Below the pieces are notes generated by a model. The model was not told the origin of the DNA. It was given only the letters and a program-made list of their open reading frames with translations, and ran no database searches. Positions 1 to 12,155 of a stretch of 64,000 bases of DNA are shown here, piece after piece; the first letter of the stretch is position 1, and every line of letters starts with the position of its first letter. The stretch lies in the NCBI GenBank assembly GCA_965232515.1, contig CBDDPY010000002.1:6848001-6912000 (forward strand). The letters are read 5' to 3'. Position numbers and translations under genes: made by a program. The stretch comes from Alphaproteobacteria bacterium. GTDB taxonomy: Bacteria; Pseudomonadota; Alphaproteobacteria; GCA-2731375.

Positions 1-185
1 ACCAGGTTGCCGACGGTCGACTTGCCGCAGCCGCTCTCGCCGACGATCGCCAGGGTCTCGCCGGCGGCAAGCTCGAAGGAGACCCCGTCGACCGCGACCA
101 GGTCGCGGCGCCTGCCGAAGACCCAGTCGCGCGGCACCGGAAAGCGTTTGGTCAGGTCCTCGACCCGCAACATCGCCGTGGCCAT
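1..185 (-). CDS. Peptide/nickel ABC transporter ATP-binding protein (DppF/OppF-like), 5' part only; runs off the window
   Basis: Manual translation from ATG at 185: [21 protein letters not shown]...VAVDGVSF...[11 protein letters not shown] (Walker A); directly follows the 188-1192 ATPase. Confidence 0.9.
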   Translation of the reverse strand, partial: MATAMLRVEDLTKRFPVPRDWVFGRRRDLVAVDGVSFELAAGETLAIVGESGCGKSTVGNL

Positions 186-187
186 GG

Positions 188-1192
188 TCAGGCGGCCGCG
201 GTTTCAACGGCAAGCGGGTGATGGCAGGCGATCTGGCCACTGTCGGTCGCGGCGAGGTCGGGCGTCTCGACGCCGCAGCGGTCCGAGCGCCGGGCGCAGC
301 GTGGGGCGAAGGCGCAACCCGGCGGCATGGCGGTGAGCGGCGGCACCGCGCCCTCGATGGGACTGAGCCGCGGCACGTCCTCGTCGATCAGCGGCAGGGA
401 GTCGAGCAGGCCGCGGGTATAGGGATGGCGCGGTCGCGCGAACAGCGCGTCGGCGGGGCCGGTCTCGACCACGCGGCCGGCATACATGATCGCCACGCGG
501 TCGGCCATGCGGGCGACCAGGCCGAGGTCGTGGGTGACGAACAGCATGGCCATGCCGATCTCGCGCTGCAGGCGCGACAGCAGATCGAGGATCTGGGCCT
601 GCACGGTGACGTCCAGCGCGGTCGTCGGCTCGTCGGCGAGCAGCAGCCTCGGGTCGCCGGCGATCGCCATGGCGATCATCACGCGCTGCTGCTGGCCGCC
701 GGAGAGCTGATGCGGGTAGTCGCGCGCGCGCCGTCGGGGCTCGGGAATGCCGACGAGGTCGAGCAGCTCGACGGCCTTGTCCCGGGCCCGGCGCCGGGGC
801 GCGCGGGTGCGGATCTGATAGGCCTCGGCGACCTGCCAGCCGACGCTGCGCACGGGGTTGAGCCCGGTCATCGGGTTCTGGAAGATCATGCCGACGCCCT
901 GCGACAGGCAGCGGCGCATCGCGGGATCGCCGCCGTCGAGGGCGTGGCCCTGAAACCGGATGACGCCGCCGGCCATCGACACCGGCGCGCCGAGCAGACC
1001 CATGACGGCAAGGCAGGTCAGCGTCTTGCCGCAGCCGCTTTCGCCGACGAGACCCAGCGTTTCGCCCGCGCCAACGCGCAGGCTGACGTCGCGCACGGGA
1101 AAGACCTGACCGTCCGGATGCGCGATCCGGACGGTCAGGCCGTCAACGTCGAGGACAGGGTCCAAAACGGCCGGTCGGTCGTTACTGTCCAA
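188..1192 (-). CDS. Peptide/nickel ABC transporter ATP-binding protein (DppD/OppD-like)
   Basis: GESGCGKT Walker A, LSGGQQQR signature, [11 protein letters not shown] Walker B, HPYT and C-terminal Cys motif of the oligopeptide ATPase tail. Confidence 0.95.
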   Translation of the reverse strand: MDSNDRPAVLDPVLDVDGLTVRIAHPDGQVFPVRDVSLRVGAGETLGLVGESGCGKTLTCLAVMGLLGAPVSMAGGVIRFQGHALDGGDPAMRRCLSQGVGMIFQNPMTGLNPVRSVGWQVAEAYQIRTRAPRRRARDKAVELLDLVGIPEPRRRARDYPHQLSGGQQQRVMIAMAIAGDPRLLLADEPTTALDVTVQAQILDLLSRLQREIGMAMLFVTHDLGLVARMADRVAIMYAGRVVETGPADALFARPRHPYTRGLLDSLPLIDEDVPRLSPIEGAVPPLTAMPPGCAFAPRCARRSDRCGVETPDLAATDSGQIACHHPLAVETAAA

Positions 1193-2744
1193 AGCTGAGA
1201 TTGTAGGGCCGGAAGTCCATGTAGTAGAGCGAGTAGGGCTTCCACGCGATGGACTTCTTCAGGGCGTAGGTTTCCAGCGGGTTGTACAGCATCGTGCCCG
1301 GCGCTTCGTCCATCCAGATGTCGAGCGCCTCGCGGTAGGCCGCCTGGCGGGCGGTCATGTCGGTCTCGGACTCGATTCTGCGATGCAGCTCGTTGAAGCG
1401 CGCGGGCGCCTTCCATTCCCGCTCGGGATATTTCTTGTTCCGCTGCACCCAGCCGAGATTGCCCCACTGCGGCACGAACGAGCCGAGCGGATCGGGCATG
1501 CGGTGGGTGTTGGACCAGGGCCGGATATGCGTGCCTTCCTGGTCGTTCACCAGCGACCAGTTCTCGACCGGCTCGACCTTCACGTTCAGGCCGACCTTCT
1601 TCCACATCTGCTGCATGGCCTGGGCCGCTTCCAGGCTGTTGAGGTAGTAGTTCAGCGGCAGGCGGTAGACGATCTCCTCGCCGTTGTAGGAGGACTCGTC
1701 CACCAGCGCCTTGGCCTTTTCCGGATCGAAGGTGAAGCCCGGATAGTCGTCCATATACATGACGTAGGACGGGAGCTGGTGGCCGTTCGGCGTGAAGTTC
1801 TTGTCGGCCCAGAGCGCCTGGCGCAGCAGGTCGCGGTCGATCGCCATCGACAGGGCCTGACGCACCTTCTTGTCCTGCATGAACGGCGCGTCCTGGAAGA
1901 AGACCAGCATGTGCGTGTTGTCGAGCACGATTTCCTCGACCCGCACGTCGTCGTAGCCCTGCAGCACCGGGATCTGATCCGGCGGCACGTTGACGATGAT
2001 GTCGAATTCGCCGCTGACCAGGCCGGCGATGCGGGCGGAGACTTCCGGCACCACCAGGAAGGTGATCGAGGCGGCCGTCGGCCGGCCGCCGAAATAGTCG
2101 TCGTGGGCGGCGAGCCGGACGTATTCGCCGTCGACATACTCGGCGATTCTGTAGGGACCGGTACCGACCGGCGCGCGGGTGAAGGCTTCCTTGCCCTGCA
2201 TCAGGTAGGCGCGGGCGTTGACGATCCAGCTGGCGTAGCCGGCCATGCGCTGTTCCAGCATCAGGTCGGGCACCTTGCTGACGATGCGCACGGTATAGCG
2301 GTCGACCTTTTCGGCATGGCTGATCGTCGCCATGAAGCGCTTGCCCGTGGCGGCCACCGGCTCTTCGCCGATCATCCGGCCCATGGTGTAGGTGAAGACG
2401 ACATCGTCGGCGGTCAGTTCGTCACCGTTGTGGAACCTGACGCCTTCGCGCAGCTTGAACTCGATCGTGGTCGGATCGATCCGCGTCCAGCTCTCGGCCA
2501 GACCCGGCTTCAACTCGGACGCCCGGCCCTCGCCGTCGGCCAGAAAGTCGCGGCGGATCAGCGAATCGAACATGGAATAGATGATGCGGACCTGGGTGTT
2601 GCCGAGGAACTCGGCCGGCTCGAGGGTGTCGGGGATGTCGTTGACGGCGACGACGAGATCCGGCCGGTCGTCCGCCAGCGACGGGCTCGACGCCAGCGCC
2701 AGAGCGATGACAGCGGCGGCCATCAGTCGAATGATGGATGTCAT
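1182..2744 (-). CDS. ABC transporter substrate-binding protein, family 5 (peptide/opine/nickel)
   Basis: Signal peptide; LAESW, FKLREGVRFHNG, DDVVFT and PVGTGPY motifs. Confidence 0.95.
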   Translation of the reverse strand: MTSIIRLMAAAVIALALASSPSLADDRPDLVVAVNDIPDTLEPAEFLGNTQVRIIYSMFDSLIRRDFLADGEGRASELKPGLAESWTRIDPTTIEFKLREGVRFHNGDELTADDVVFTYTMGRMIGEEPVAATGKRFMATISHAEKVDRYTVRIVSKVPDLMLEQRMAGYASWIVNARAYLMQGKEAFTRAPVGTGPYRIAEYVDGEYVRLAAHDDYFGGRPTAASITFLVVPEVSARIAGLVSGEFDIIVNVPPDQIPVLQGYDDVRVEEIVLDNTHMLVFFQDAPFMQDKKVRQALSMAIDRDLLRQALWADKNFTPNGHQLPSYVMYMDDYPGFTFDPEKAKALVDESSYNGEEIVYRLPLNYYLNSLEAAQAMQQMWKKVGLNVKVEPVENWSLVNDQEGTHIRPWSNTHRMPDPLGSFVPQWGNLGWVQRNKKYPEREWKAPARFNELHRRIESETDMTARQAAYREALDIWMDEAPGTMLYNPLETYALKKSIAWKPYSLYYMDFRPYNLSFGQ

Positions 2745-2886
2745 GGATTAAACTCCTTGTTGGGACGCCGACGGAGTCTGTTCGATGACGGTGCAAGATT
2801 TGTGATGTCCACATGAAGGTTTCGTTCCCATTCGGCGCGCGGCGATGACGGTTCCATGACGACGCGATCAACTTCCCGAGGTGGGC

Positions 2887-3123
2887 ATGGGTGAATCGAC
2901 CGGGAAGAATGTCGTTGTCAGATCCATCAATGCGGCCGACGGCGGACGCTGCGTGGACATCTTCCGACGGCCCGACGGCAGCTTCGGATTCGATGAGTTC
3001 CGGCGCGACGTCGAAGATGCCCGCGGTTGGTTTTCGATCGGTGGCTATGGGGATCGCGTGTTTGCCAGCGAAGACGCGGCATTGCGGGCGGCACGGTCGA
3101 CGATCGTCTGGTTGCGCCCTTAA
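2887..3123 (+). CDS. Small hypothetical protein
   Basis: Isolated ORF in an intergenic gap with normal globular composition (RCVDIFRRPDGSFGFDEFRRD); start could be GTG 2881 or ATG 2887. Confidence 0.65.
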   Translation: MGESTGKNVVVRSINAADGGRCVDIFRRPDGSFGFDEFRRDVEDARGWFSIGGYGDRVFASEDAALRAARSTIVWLRP

Positions 3124-3306
3124 GCAGCCGTTCGTGATGGATGTGTTCGCGCTGTATGCGCCGATTGCATAATTCAATACGCCTTTTGCATTGGCCCTGT
3201 TGTTGGCGACGTGGAACACTCGTTTCGTGCATTCATGGAGGGGTCGTGATCGTGCATTTGGCACTTGGCCCGCGACTCCATCCGACGCACCGGGGGAGGC
3301 CTGGCC

Positions 3307-4899
3307 ATGCTCGACATCATCCTTAAAGGCGGCGAGGTCCACGACGGCAGCGGCCAGCCGTCGTTCATCGGCGATATCGGCATCGAGGACGGCCGGATCG
3401 CGGCGCTGGGCCGGCTGGACGATGCCGAAGCGGACGAGGTGATCGACGTCGCCGGCCTTGCCGTCAGTCCCGGCTTCATCGACATCCACACCCATTCCGA
3501 CTTCACGCTGATGGTCAATGGCTGCGCCGAGAGCCAGGTGCACCAGGGCGTGACAACCGAGGTCGTCGGCCAGTGTGGCGTAAGCTGCGCGCCGGCCACC
3601 TGCGACCGCGATATCGAGGTCATGTCGCCGGGCTATGCGCCGGGGTGCGTCGATCTGGACTGGCGCAGCTTCGGCGATTATCTGGACCATCTCGAGGCGC
3701 GGGCGCTGGGCGTCAACGTGGTGGCGTTCGTCGGACACGGCACGATCCACCGGGCGGTGCTGGGCGACCAGCTGCGGCCGGCCAATCACGACGAGGTCCA
3801 GACCATGGCGCGCATGGTCGACGAGGCCATGGAGCAGGGCGCCGGCGGCCTGTCGACCGGCCTCGAATACTGGCCCGGCAGCGTCGCCGCGCCGGAACAT
3901 GTCGTGCCGCTGGTCGAGGTCGCGGCGAAGCACGATGCGCTCTACGCCACGCATGTGCGTAACCGGGATATCTACTACGACCTCGGCTTCGGCGAGGCCA
4001 TGGCGACGGCGCGGCTGGGCGGGGCCCGGCTGCAGATCTCGCATATCCAGCCCAAGTTCGGCGCGCCGGAATACGCCATGGAACATTCGATCGAGATGAT
4101 CGACAGCAACCGCCGGCACGGCGTCGACGTCGCCTTCGACGTCATCCCGCACGACTGGTCGCACACCGGCGTGGTCGCGAGCCTGCCGTCCTGGGCCCGC
4201 GAGGGCGGGGTGCCGGCCCTGCTGGACCGGCTGACGGACCCGGACACGCGCGAACGCATGAAGGTCAATCCGAAGCCGATCTGGCGCCTGGTGCCGGCCG
4301 GGCGCTGGGACGACATCGTGCTGCTGCGCTCGCAGGCCAATGCGGACTCCGTGGGCATGACCATCGCCGAGATCGGCAAGGCGCGCGGCAAGGACCCGTT
4401 CGACGCGGTCTTCGATCTGCTGCTGGAGGAAGGCCAGTATGTGAGCCAGCTGATGTGGACCTCACATTCCTTCAAGGACAGCGAGATCAAGCTCTGCCTG
4501 CAGCAGCCGCACTGCGCCGTCATGTCGGACACGCTGGCGCTGGCGCCCTACGGCGAGCTGAAGGACCATATCGGCTCGCTGGCCGGCTATGGCTGGGCCG
4601 CGCGCTTCCTGCAGACCTATGTCCGCGACGACAAGGTGATGCCGTTGGCCGAGGGCATCCGGCGCCTGACCTCGCTGCCGGCCGAGCGCCTGGGTCTGCG
4701 CGACCGCGGCCGGCTGCAACCGGGGCACTGGGCCGACATCACGGTCTTCGATCCGCAGGCCATCGCCAGCCACTGCACGGTCAAGGAGCCGCGCCGCTAT
4801 GCCACCGGCATCGCGCATGTGCTGGTCAACGGCGAGCTGGCCATGCGCGACGGCGCGCGCCAGCAGAGCAACACCGGCAGCGTCCTGCGCCGCCGCTGA
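3307..4899 (+). CDS. N-acyl-D-amino-acid deacylase (D-aminoacylase), amidohydrolase superfamily
   Basis: PGFIDIHTHSD metal motif, QGVTTEVVGQCG, THVR, ADITVFDP, VLVNG; GGAGG before ATG 3307. Confidence 0.92.
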   Translation: MLDIILKGGEVHDGSGQPSFIGDIGIEDGRIAALGRLDDAEADEVIDVAGLAVSPGFIDIHTHSDFTLMVNGCAESQVHQGVTTEVVGQCGVSCAPATCDRDIEVMSPGYAPGCVDLDWRSFGDYLDHLEARALGVNVVAFVGHGTIHRAVLGDQLRPANHDEVQTMARMVDEAMEQGAGGLSTGLEYWPGSVAAPEHVVPLVEVAAKHDALYATHVRNRDIYYDLGFGEAMATARLGGARLQISHIQPKFGAPEYAMEHSIEMIDSNRRHGVDVAFDVIPHDWSHTGVVASLPSWAREGGVPALLDRLTDPDTRERMKVNPKPIWRLVPAGRWDDIVLLRSQANADSVGMTIAEIGKARGKDPFDAVFDLLLEEGQYVSQLMWTSHSFKDSEIKLCLQQPHCAVMSDTLALAPYGELKDHIGSLAGYGWAARFLQTYVRDDKVMPLAEGIRRLTSLPAERLGLRDRGRLQPGHWADITVFDPQAIASHCTVKEPRRYATGIAHVLVNGELAMRDGARQQSNTGSVLRRR

Positions 4900-5010
4900 A
4901 CCCGGCGCCGGGCGCCGGCATGTGGAGATGAATCAACGGAACGCGGGATCCGACGGCATAACGAAACATAACCAGTCACGTCACGTGACGCGGCACTTGG
5001 GAGGTTGTCG

Positions 5011-6582
5011 ATGAAATACCTAGCAGCAGCACTCGCACTCATGATGGCGGCACTGCCGGCCGTGGCCGCCGACGCACCGCGCCGCGGCGGCACCATGGTT
5101 TACCTTTCGGGCAAGATGCCCAGCCTCGATCCGCTGCACGGCCAGTATAATGTCGGCCTGGTGTCGTCGAACATCTTCGCCAGCCTGACGCGGCTGAACG
5201 AGAACAACGAGGTCAGTCCCTATCTCGCAGAATCCTATACGGTGTCGGATGACGGCCTGACCTACACCTTCAACCTGGCGAAGAACGCGAAGTTCCACGA
5301 CGGCCAGCCCGTCACGTCGGCCGACGTCGCCTTTTCGCTCGGCATCATTCAGGAGAACCACCGCTTCGGCAAACAGATGTTCGGCCCGATCGAGAAGGTG
5401 GAGACGCCGGACGACCACACCGTGATCTTCCGGCTGTCGCAGCCGCACGGTCCGGTGCTGCTGGCGGCGACGACGCCGCGGCAACTGCCGATCCTGCCGA
5501 AGCACGTCTATGGCGTCGGCGGCGAGTACAAGACCCATCCCGCGCACAAGAATCCCGTCGGTTCCGGTCCGTTCCGCCTGAAGGAGCGGAAGATCGGCGA
5601 GTACGTGCTGCTGGAGCGGGACGAGAACCATTTCCGCGAGGGCTTCCCCTATCTCGACCAAATCATCATGCGGGTGGTCACCGACAAGACCGCCATGCGC
5701 GTCGGCCTGCGGCAGAAGCAGTTTCACCTGGCGAACGTGGCGGCGACGATGCGCTTCGGCGACATCAAGAATTTCACGAAGATCCCGCATCTGCAGGCCA
5801 CCAAGGTGGTCAGCCCGTCCGGCGGCGGCGCCATTCTGGAGTTCAATCACCGGATCGAACACCTGGCCAACAAGAAGGTCCGGCAGGCCATCGCGCACGC
5901 GGTCGACAACGACTACATCTCGAACGTGTTCCATGCCGGTTGGACCCAGCCGGCCGTGGGGCCGATGCCGAAGACCAACATCTTCTTCGACCCCAGCCTG
6001 AAGGGACGCGCGTTCGACGTCGCGCTGGCGAACAAGCTGTTGGACGAAGCCGGCTATCCGCGACAGTCGGACGGCACCCGGTTCGAGCTGAAGGTGCTGT
6101 ACATCGCGCCGCCGCACAATCCTGATGTGCAGATCGTGATCGCAGAATATCTCGCCGTCGCCTTGAAGGAGGTCGGCATCAAGGTCGTGCAGGAGCCCAT
6201 GCCCGGCGCCGCGGCCTGGTCGAAGCGCATGGCCGACTGGAACTACGAGTCGTCGATCATCCTCGCCGGCGACAAGATCGATCCCGCCATCGGCATCGGC
6301 CGGCTCTATGTCTGCAACAACATCCGGCATCAGGCCTATACGAACACGTCCGGATACTGCAATGAGGGCGTGGACAAGCTGTTCGCCGCGGCCGCGCAGG
6401 AATCGAATTTCGAGAAGCGGAAGTCGATCTACAATGAGGTGCAGGCGCTGCTGGTGCAGGAGATGCCGCTGTTCTGGCTGACCGACGGCAGCCCGGTCTT
6501 CCTGCACCACAAGGACCTGTACTTCCCGCCCTATGGCTATGGCGAGTTCTGGGACGAAGTGTACTGGAAGAAGGCGCAATAG
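5011..6582 (+). CDS. ABC transporter substrate-binding protein, family 5
   Basis: Signal peptide; LAESY, AKFHDG, ADVAFS, PVGSGPF; GGAGG upstream. Confidence 0.95.
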   Translation: MKYLAAALALMMAALPAVAADAPRRGGTMVYLSGKMPSLDPLHGQYNVGLVSSNIFASLTRLNENNEVSPYLAESYTVSDDGLTYTFNLAKNAKFHDGQPVTSADVAFSLGIIQENHRFGKQMFGPIEKVETPDDHTVIFRLSQPHGPVLLAATTPRQLPILPKHVYGVGGEYKTHPAHKNPVGSGPFRLKERKIGEYVLLERDENHFREGFPYLDQIIMRVVTDKTAMRVGLRQKQFHLANVAATMRFGDIKNFTKIPHLQATKVVSPSGGGAILEFNHRIEHLANKKVRQAIAHAVDNDYISNVFHAGWTQPAVGPMPKTNIFFDPSLKGRAFDVALANKLLDEAGYPRQSDGTRFELKVLYIAPPHNPDVQIVIAEYLAVALKEVGIKVVQEPMPGAAAWSKRMADWNYESSIILAGDKIDPAIGIGRLYVCNNIRHQAYTNTSGYCNEGVDKLFAAAAQESNFEKRKSIYNEVQALLVQEMPLFWLTDGSPVFLHHKDLYFPPYGYGEFWDEVYWKKAQ

Positions 6583-6674
6583 CCGCTTGCCTGCCGTCGT
6601 CTGTCCGGGCGGCGGCGTGGACGGGGCCGCACTCGTCCGCGCCGCCGCCGCGCATCTTTGAGCGGCGTTGACCG

Positions 6675-7646
6675 ATGTCGACCGCGATCGCCCAACGCAT
6701 CCTCTACGGGCTGCTGCTGCTGATTGCCGTCATCACGCTCAACTTCCTGCTGATCCAGGCGGCGCCCGGCGACGTGGTCGACGTGCTGCTGACCGAGGCC
6801 GGCGGCGGCGATCCGGCGGTAGCGGCGCAGATCCGCGCGGCCTATGGGCTCGACCAGCCGATCTACGTGCAGCTCTTCACCTATCTGGCGAAGATGGTGA
6901 GCGGGGATCTGGGCTATTCCTACTATTTCGACGAGCCGGTGCTGTCGCTGCTGCTCGACGCCCTGCCGGCGACGGTGATGCTGGTCGTGTCGGCGCTGCT
7001 GCTGGCCATGGTTATCGGCACGCTGCTCGGCGTCATCGCGGCCCTGAGGCCGCAGGGCCTGTCGAGCCACATCGTGACCGTGTTGTCGCTGCTGGGCTAC
7101 GCCACGCCGGTATTCTGGCTGGGCATGATGGTGCTGCTGCTGTTCGCGCAGTATCTGCCGCTGTTCCCGGCCTTCGGCATGCGCACCATTCCGGTGCCCG
7201 ATACGGCATTGGGCCGGGCGCTCGACGTGCTGCATCACATGGTGCTGCCGACCTTCACGCTGTCGATCCTGTATCTCGCCTCCTACAGCCGGTTGTCGCG
7301 GGCCTCGATGCTCGATGTGCTGGGTGCGGACTACATTCGCACCGCGCGTTCGAAGGGCCTGGCCGAATATGTCGTCATCTTCAAACACGCGCTGAAGAAC
7401 GCGGCCCTGCCGATCGTGACCATCGCCGGCCTGCAGGTGGGCTCGGTGTTCTCGGGCGCGGTGCTGGTCGAGACCGTGTTCAGCCTGCCCGGCGTCGGAC
7501 CGCTGCTCTATGAATCGATCCTGCGGCGCGACTATCCCGTCATGCTGGGCGTGCTGTTCGGCGCGGCGGTGACGACGGTCGTCGCCAACATCATCACCGA
7601 TCTGGTCTACCGCGTGCTGGATCCGCGGATCCGGGGGATCTCGTAG
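6675..7646 (+). CDS. Peptide ABC transporter permease (DppB-like)
   Basis: PGD, YGLDQP, GDLGYS, DYIRTARSKGL, LDPRI. Confidence 0.95.
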   Translation: MSTAIAQRILYGLLLLIAVITLNFLLIQAAPGDVVDVLLTEAGGGDPAVAAQIRAAYGLDQPIYVQLFTYLAKMVSGDLGYSYYFDEPVLSLLLDALPATVMLVVSALLLAMVIGTLLGVIAALRPQGLSSHIVTVLSLLGYATPVFWLGMMVLLLFAQYLPLFPAFGMRTIPVPDTALGRALDVLHHMVLPTFTLSILYLASYSRLSRASMLDVLGADYIRTARSKGLAEYVVIFKHALKNAALPIVTIAGLQVGSVFSGAVLVETVFSLPGVGPLLYESILRRDYPVMLGVLFGAAVTTVVANIITDLVYRVLDPRIRGIS

Positions 7647-8545
7647 TGGCCGAAGCGCACGAGCCGCAGGACCTGCCTGTCCGGTTCGAGGACGAGGCGG
7701 ATGTGCCCGAGGTCCAGTGGCGGGTCACGCTCGGCATGTTCTACGCCAACAAGGCGGCAGTGCTGGGCGTTGTCGTACTCGCCATCATTCTGATCGTCGG
7801 CCTGTTCGGCCCGCTTGTCATGCAAGCCGATCCTTTCGCAATCGTCGGCGCGCCGCTGACGGAACCGGGCGAGATCAGGCTGCTGGGCACGGACTATCTG
7901 GGCCGCGACATCTTTGCCGGCATGATCTACGGCACCCGGCCGACGCTGATCGTGGCGCTGACGGCGACGGCCTTCACGGTGGTGATCGGCATCTCGGTCG
8001 GGGCGCTGGCCGGATTCTATGGCGGCAAGATCGACAACCTGCTGATGCGCATCACCGAGTTCTTTCAGGTACTGCCGCCGCTGGTCTTCGCCATGGTCAT
8101 CGTCGCCATCATGGGCACCCATTTCGTCACGGTGATCGTGGCCATCGCCGTTACCACCTGGACCAATCTCGCCCGCCTGACCCGGGCCGAGTTCCTGAAA
8201 ATCAAGGAGCGCGAATTCGTCCTGGCGGACAGGGCCATCGGCGTGCGCGACAGCAAGCTGATCCTGCGGGTGCTGCTGCCCAACGCGCTGCCGCCGCTGA
8301 TCATCGCGGTGACGCTGCAGACCGGGTTGACCATCATCTATGAGGCCGCGCTCAGCTTCCTGGGCCTGACCGATCCCGACATCATGACCTGGGGCAAGAT
8401 GATCGGCCTGTCGCGCGACTTCTTCTTCGACGCCTGGTGGTCGGTGACGTTTCCGGGCCTGGCGATCCTGTTGACGACGTTGTGCATCGCGTTGATCGGC
8501 GACGGCCTGAACGACGCCTTCAATCCGCGGCTGCGCGGACGTTGA
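7646..8545 (+). CDS. Peptide ABC transporter permease (DppC-like)
   Basis: LGTDYLGRD, EAALSFLGL, GDGLNDAFNPR; GTG start overlaps the upstream stop. Confidence 0.95.
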   Translation: MAEAHEPQDLPVRFEDEADVPEVQWRVTLGMFYANKAAVLGVVVLAIILIVGLFGPLVMQADPFAIVGAPLTEPGEIRLLGTDYLGRDIFAGMIYGTRPTLIVALTATAFTVVIGISVGALAGFYGGKIDNLLMRITEFFQVLPPLVFAMVIVAIMGTHFVTVIVAIAVTTWTNLARLTRAEFLKIKEREFVLADRAIGVRDSKLILRVLLPNALPPLIIAVTLQTGLTIIYEAALSFLGLTDPDIMTWGKMIGLSRDFFFDAWWSVTFPGLAILLTTLCIALIGDGLNDAFNPRLRGR

Positions 8546-8555
8546 GGCGCTGGGC

Positions 8556-9571
<1,016 letters not shown>

Positions 9572-9575
<4 letters not shown>

Positions 9576-10558
9576 CGGACGATCCGCTGATCCGGGTCCA
9601 GGACTTGCAGGTGCATTTCAAGCTGCCGCGTCCGAACCTGCTGGCGCCGCGATCGACGCTGCATGCGGTGGACGGCGTCAGCTTCGAGATCGCGCGCGGA
9701 CGTGTTCTGGGGCTGGTCGGCGAGAGCGGTTGCGGCAAGACCACCTCGGGCCTGGCGCTGTTGCGGCTCGTGCCGGCGACCGGCGGCAAGGTGCTGTTCG
9801 ACGGCACCGACGTCCTGGCGCTGGGCGCCGAGGACATGCGCGACATGCGCCGGCGCATGCAGATCATCTTTCAGGACCCGTATTCGTCGCTGAACCCACG
9901 CCAGACGGCCGGTGATATTGTCCGTGCGCCGCTCGACACCCAGGACGTCGGCAGCCCGGCGGAGCGCGAAGCGCGTGTCGACGAGCTGTTCTCGCTGGTC
10001 GGGCTGCGGTCGAACCAGAAGGCGCTCTTTCCGCACCAGTTTTCCGGCGGGCAGCGACAGCGGATCTGCATCGCGCGGGCCCTGGCGCTGACGCCCGATT
10101 TCATCGTCTGCGACGAACCGGTCTCGGCGCTGGATGTCGCGATCCAGGCGCAGATCCTGAATCTGCTGTGCGAGCTGCAGGACGAGCTCAATCTGACCTA
10201 CCTGTTCATCTCCCACGACCTGGCCGTGGTGCAGCATATCTGCGACGACATCGCTGTGATGTATCTCGGCAGCATCGTCGAGCAGGCCGACAATGCAGCG
10301 TTGTTCGAGAACCCGCGCCACCCCTATACGCGGGCGCTGCTGTCGGCCGTGCCCTCGCGGCATGCCGCGGCGACGAAGGCAAAACGCGTCCGCCTGGAGG
10401 GCGATATACCGAACCCGATCGACCGGCCGGCGGGCTGCCGCTTTCACACCCGCTGCATCCATGCGCAAGAACGCTGCAAGGTCGAAGAACCGCCGTTGGT
10501 GGAAGAGCTTCCCGGCCACTGGGTGGCCTGCCACTTTTCGTCGGAACTCGACGATTAG
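9572..10558 (+). CDS. Peptide ABC transporter ATP-binding protein (DppF-like)
   Basis: [32 protein letters not shown]; ATGA overlap. Confidence 0.95.
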
Positions 10559-10664
10559 CAATCGGTGAATTGCCGGCGCAGCGCCGGGCCGGATTTGCCA
10601 TTAACCGGGCCTTTAGAACGGCAGGCTAGCTTCGACGCAGGGGTCGACGAAATGCTGGCATGCC

Positions 10665-11732
10665 ATGAGCGTAACCGTCTCGACCCCGCCGCCTGCGGCG
10701 CCGCCGCGCCTGAGCGCGGCCATGAAGGATCTGATCGCCTGTGCGATCGCCTTCGTCACCATGCTGCTGGCCTTCGTCAGCATCGATTTCATCGAGATGA
10801 TTTTCGAGGCGACCCGGGAACACGAGGACTGGGAGCTGGACGAGATCCTGGCCGCGATACCGTCGCTGGTATTGGTGGCGGCATGGTTCTCGTATCGGCG
10901 CTGGCGCGAGGTTGCGGAGCTGAACCGGACGCTGAGCCAAACCGTTCGTGAGCTTGAGGAAGCGAACGCGATGCGCCAACGCATGGAACGGCAGCTGCGC
11001 GAGTCGCAGAAGCTGGAGGCCATGGGCAAGCTCGCGGGCGGCCTGGCGCATGAGCTGAACAACGTGCTGCAGCCGATCGTCACGCTCGCCCAACACAGCG
11101 CCGACCGCGACGACATCTCGGCCGAGACCAAGACCAGGATGGCGCACATTCTGGCGGCGGCGTCGCACGGCAGCGACATCGTGCGCGACGTGCTGACCTT
11201 CGCGTCCGGCGGCATACGCGAACCGGAATGCCTCGATCTGGCCATGGCGCTGAATGACATCGTTGCCTATTCGCGCGAGAACCTGGCCGAGTCCATGACG
11301 ATCGAGACCCGGTTCGACGCGCATACGAGGCTTGTTTCCCTGAACCGCGTCGAACTGACTCAGGTGATCACCAACCTGCTGACCAACGCCGCCGACGCCA
11401 TGGGCCATCAGGGCCGGATCAGCGTCGAACTGGACGTCTGCGACCTGGATGCGGCGGACGCGGACTTCAAAGGCCTGACCGCGGGCAGCTATGCCCGCAT
11501 CACCGTCGCCGACCAGGGACCGGGCATCGCGCCGGACGCCATGGGGCGCGTCTTCGATCCGTTCTTCACGACCAAGGACGCGGGCGAGGGAACCGGACTC
11601 GGCCTCGCCGTCGTGCATGGTCTGGTCCGCGACTGGGGCGGTTCGATCGCCGTGCATTCGTCGGTGGGCAACGGCGCGGCGTTCGAAATCCTGGTGCCGC
11701 GCCTGACATCGGAGCCCGTGCGGGGAGCTTGA
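10665..11732 (+). CDS. Membrane sensor histidine kinase
   Basis: Two N-terminal TM segments, H-box LAHELNN, N-box NLLTNAADA, DQGPGI, FDPFFTTK, GTGLGL. Confidence 0.95.
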   Translation: MSVTVSTPPPAAPPRLSAAMKDLIACAIAFVTMLLAFVSIDFIEMIFEATREHEDWELDEILAAIPSLVLVAAWFSYRRWREVAELNRTLSQTVRELEEANAMRQRMERQLRESQKLEAMGKLAGGLAHELNNVLQPIVTLAQHSADRDDISAETKTRMAHILAAASHGSDIVRDVLTFASGGIREPECLDLAMALNDIVAYSRENLAESMTIETRFDAHTRLVSLNRVELTQVITNLLTNAADAMGHQGRISVELDVCDLDAADADFKGLTAGSYARITVADQGPGIAPDAMGRVFDPFFTTKDAGEGTGLGLAVVHGLVRDWGGSIAVHSSVGNGAAFEILVPRLTSEPVRGA

Positions 11733-11735
11733 GGC

Positions 11736-12137
11736 ATGGCCGTGATCGTGTTGGCGGACGACGACGACCGGGTGCGGTTCGCCCTGGCGCTGGTGCTGCG
11801 CGACGCCGGGCATGAGGTGCATGAAGCGGACTATGGCGGCGCCGTTCTGCAGTCCATGGATACGGTGCGGCCGGACCTCGTCATCACGGATTTGTTCATG
11901 CCGGGAATGGACGGTATCGAACTGATCAAGCGGCTCCGCAAGGCCAAGTCCGACGTACAGATCCTGGCGGTTTCGGGCGGCGGCATGCACAACGATCCCG
12001 GCATGGCGACCAGCCTCGCCAAGCTGGCCGGCGCCGACCGGGTCATGGCGAAGCCGATCCAGAACGACATTCTGCTGCGGGAAGTGGCCGAGCTGGTCTC
12101 GAACGCTGGCGGACATCAACCCGCCAACGATCCCTGA
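11736..12137 (+). CDS. Single-domain response regulator (receiver)
   Basis: ADDD, DLVITDLFMPGMDG, SG, KP motifs. Confidence 0.95.
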   Translation: MAVIVLADDDDRVRFALALVLRDAGHEVHEADYGGAVLQSMDTVRPDLVITDLFMPGMDGIELIKRLRKAKSDVQILAVSGGGMHNDPGMATSLAKLAGADRVMAKPIQNDILLREVAELVSNAGGHQPANDP

Positions 12138-12155
12138 TCTGTCCGGCCGCGCCGC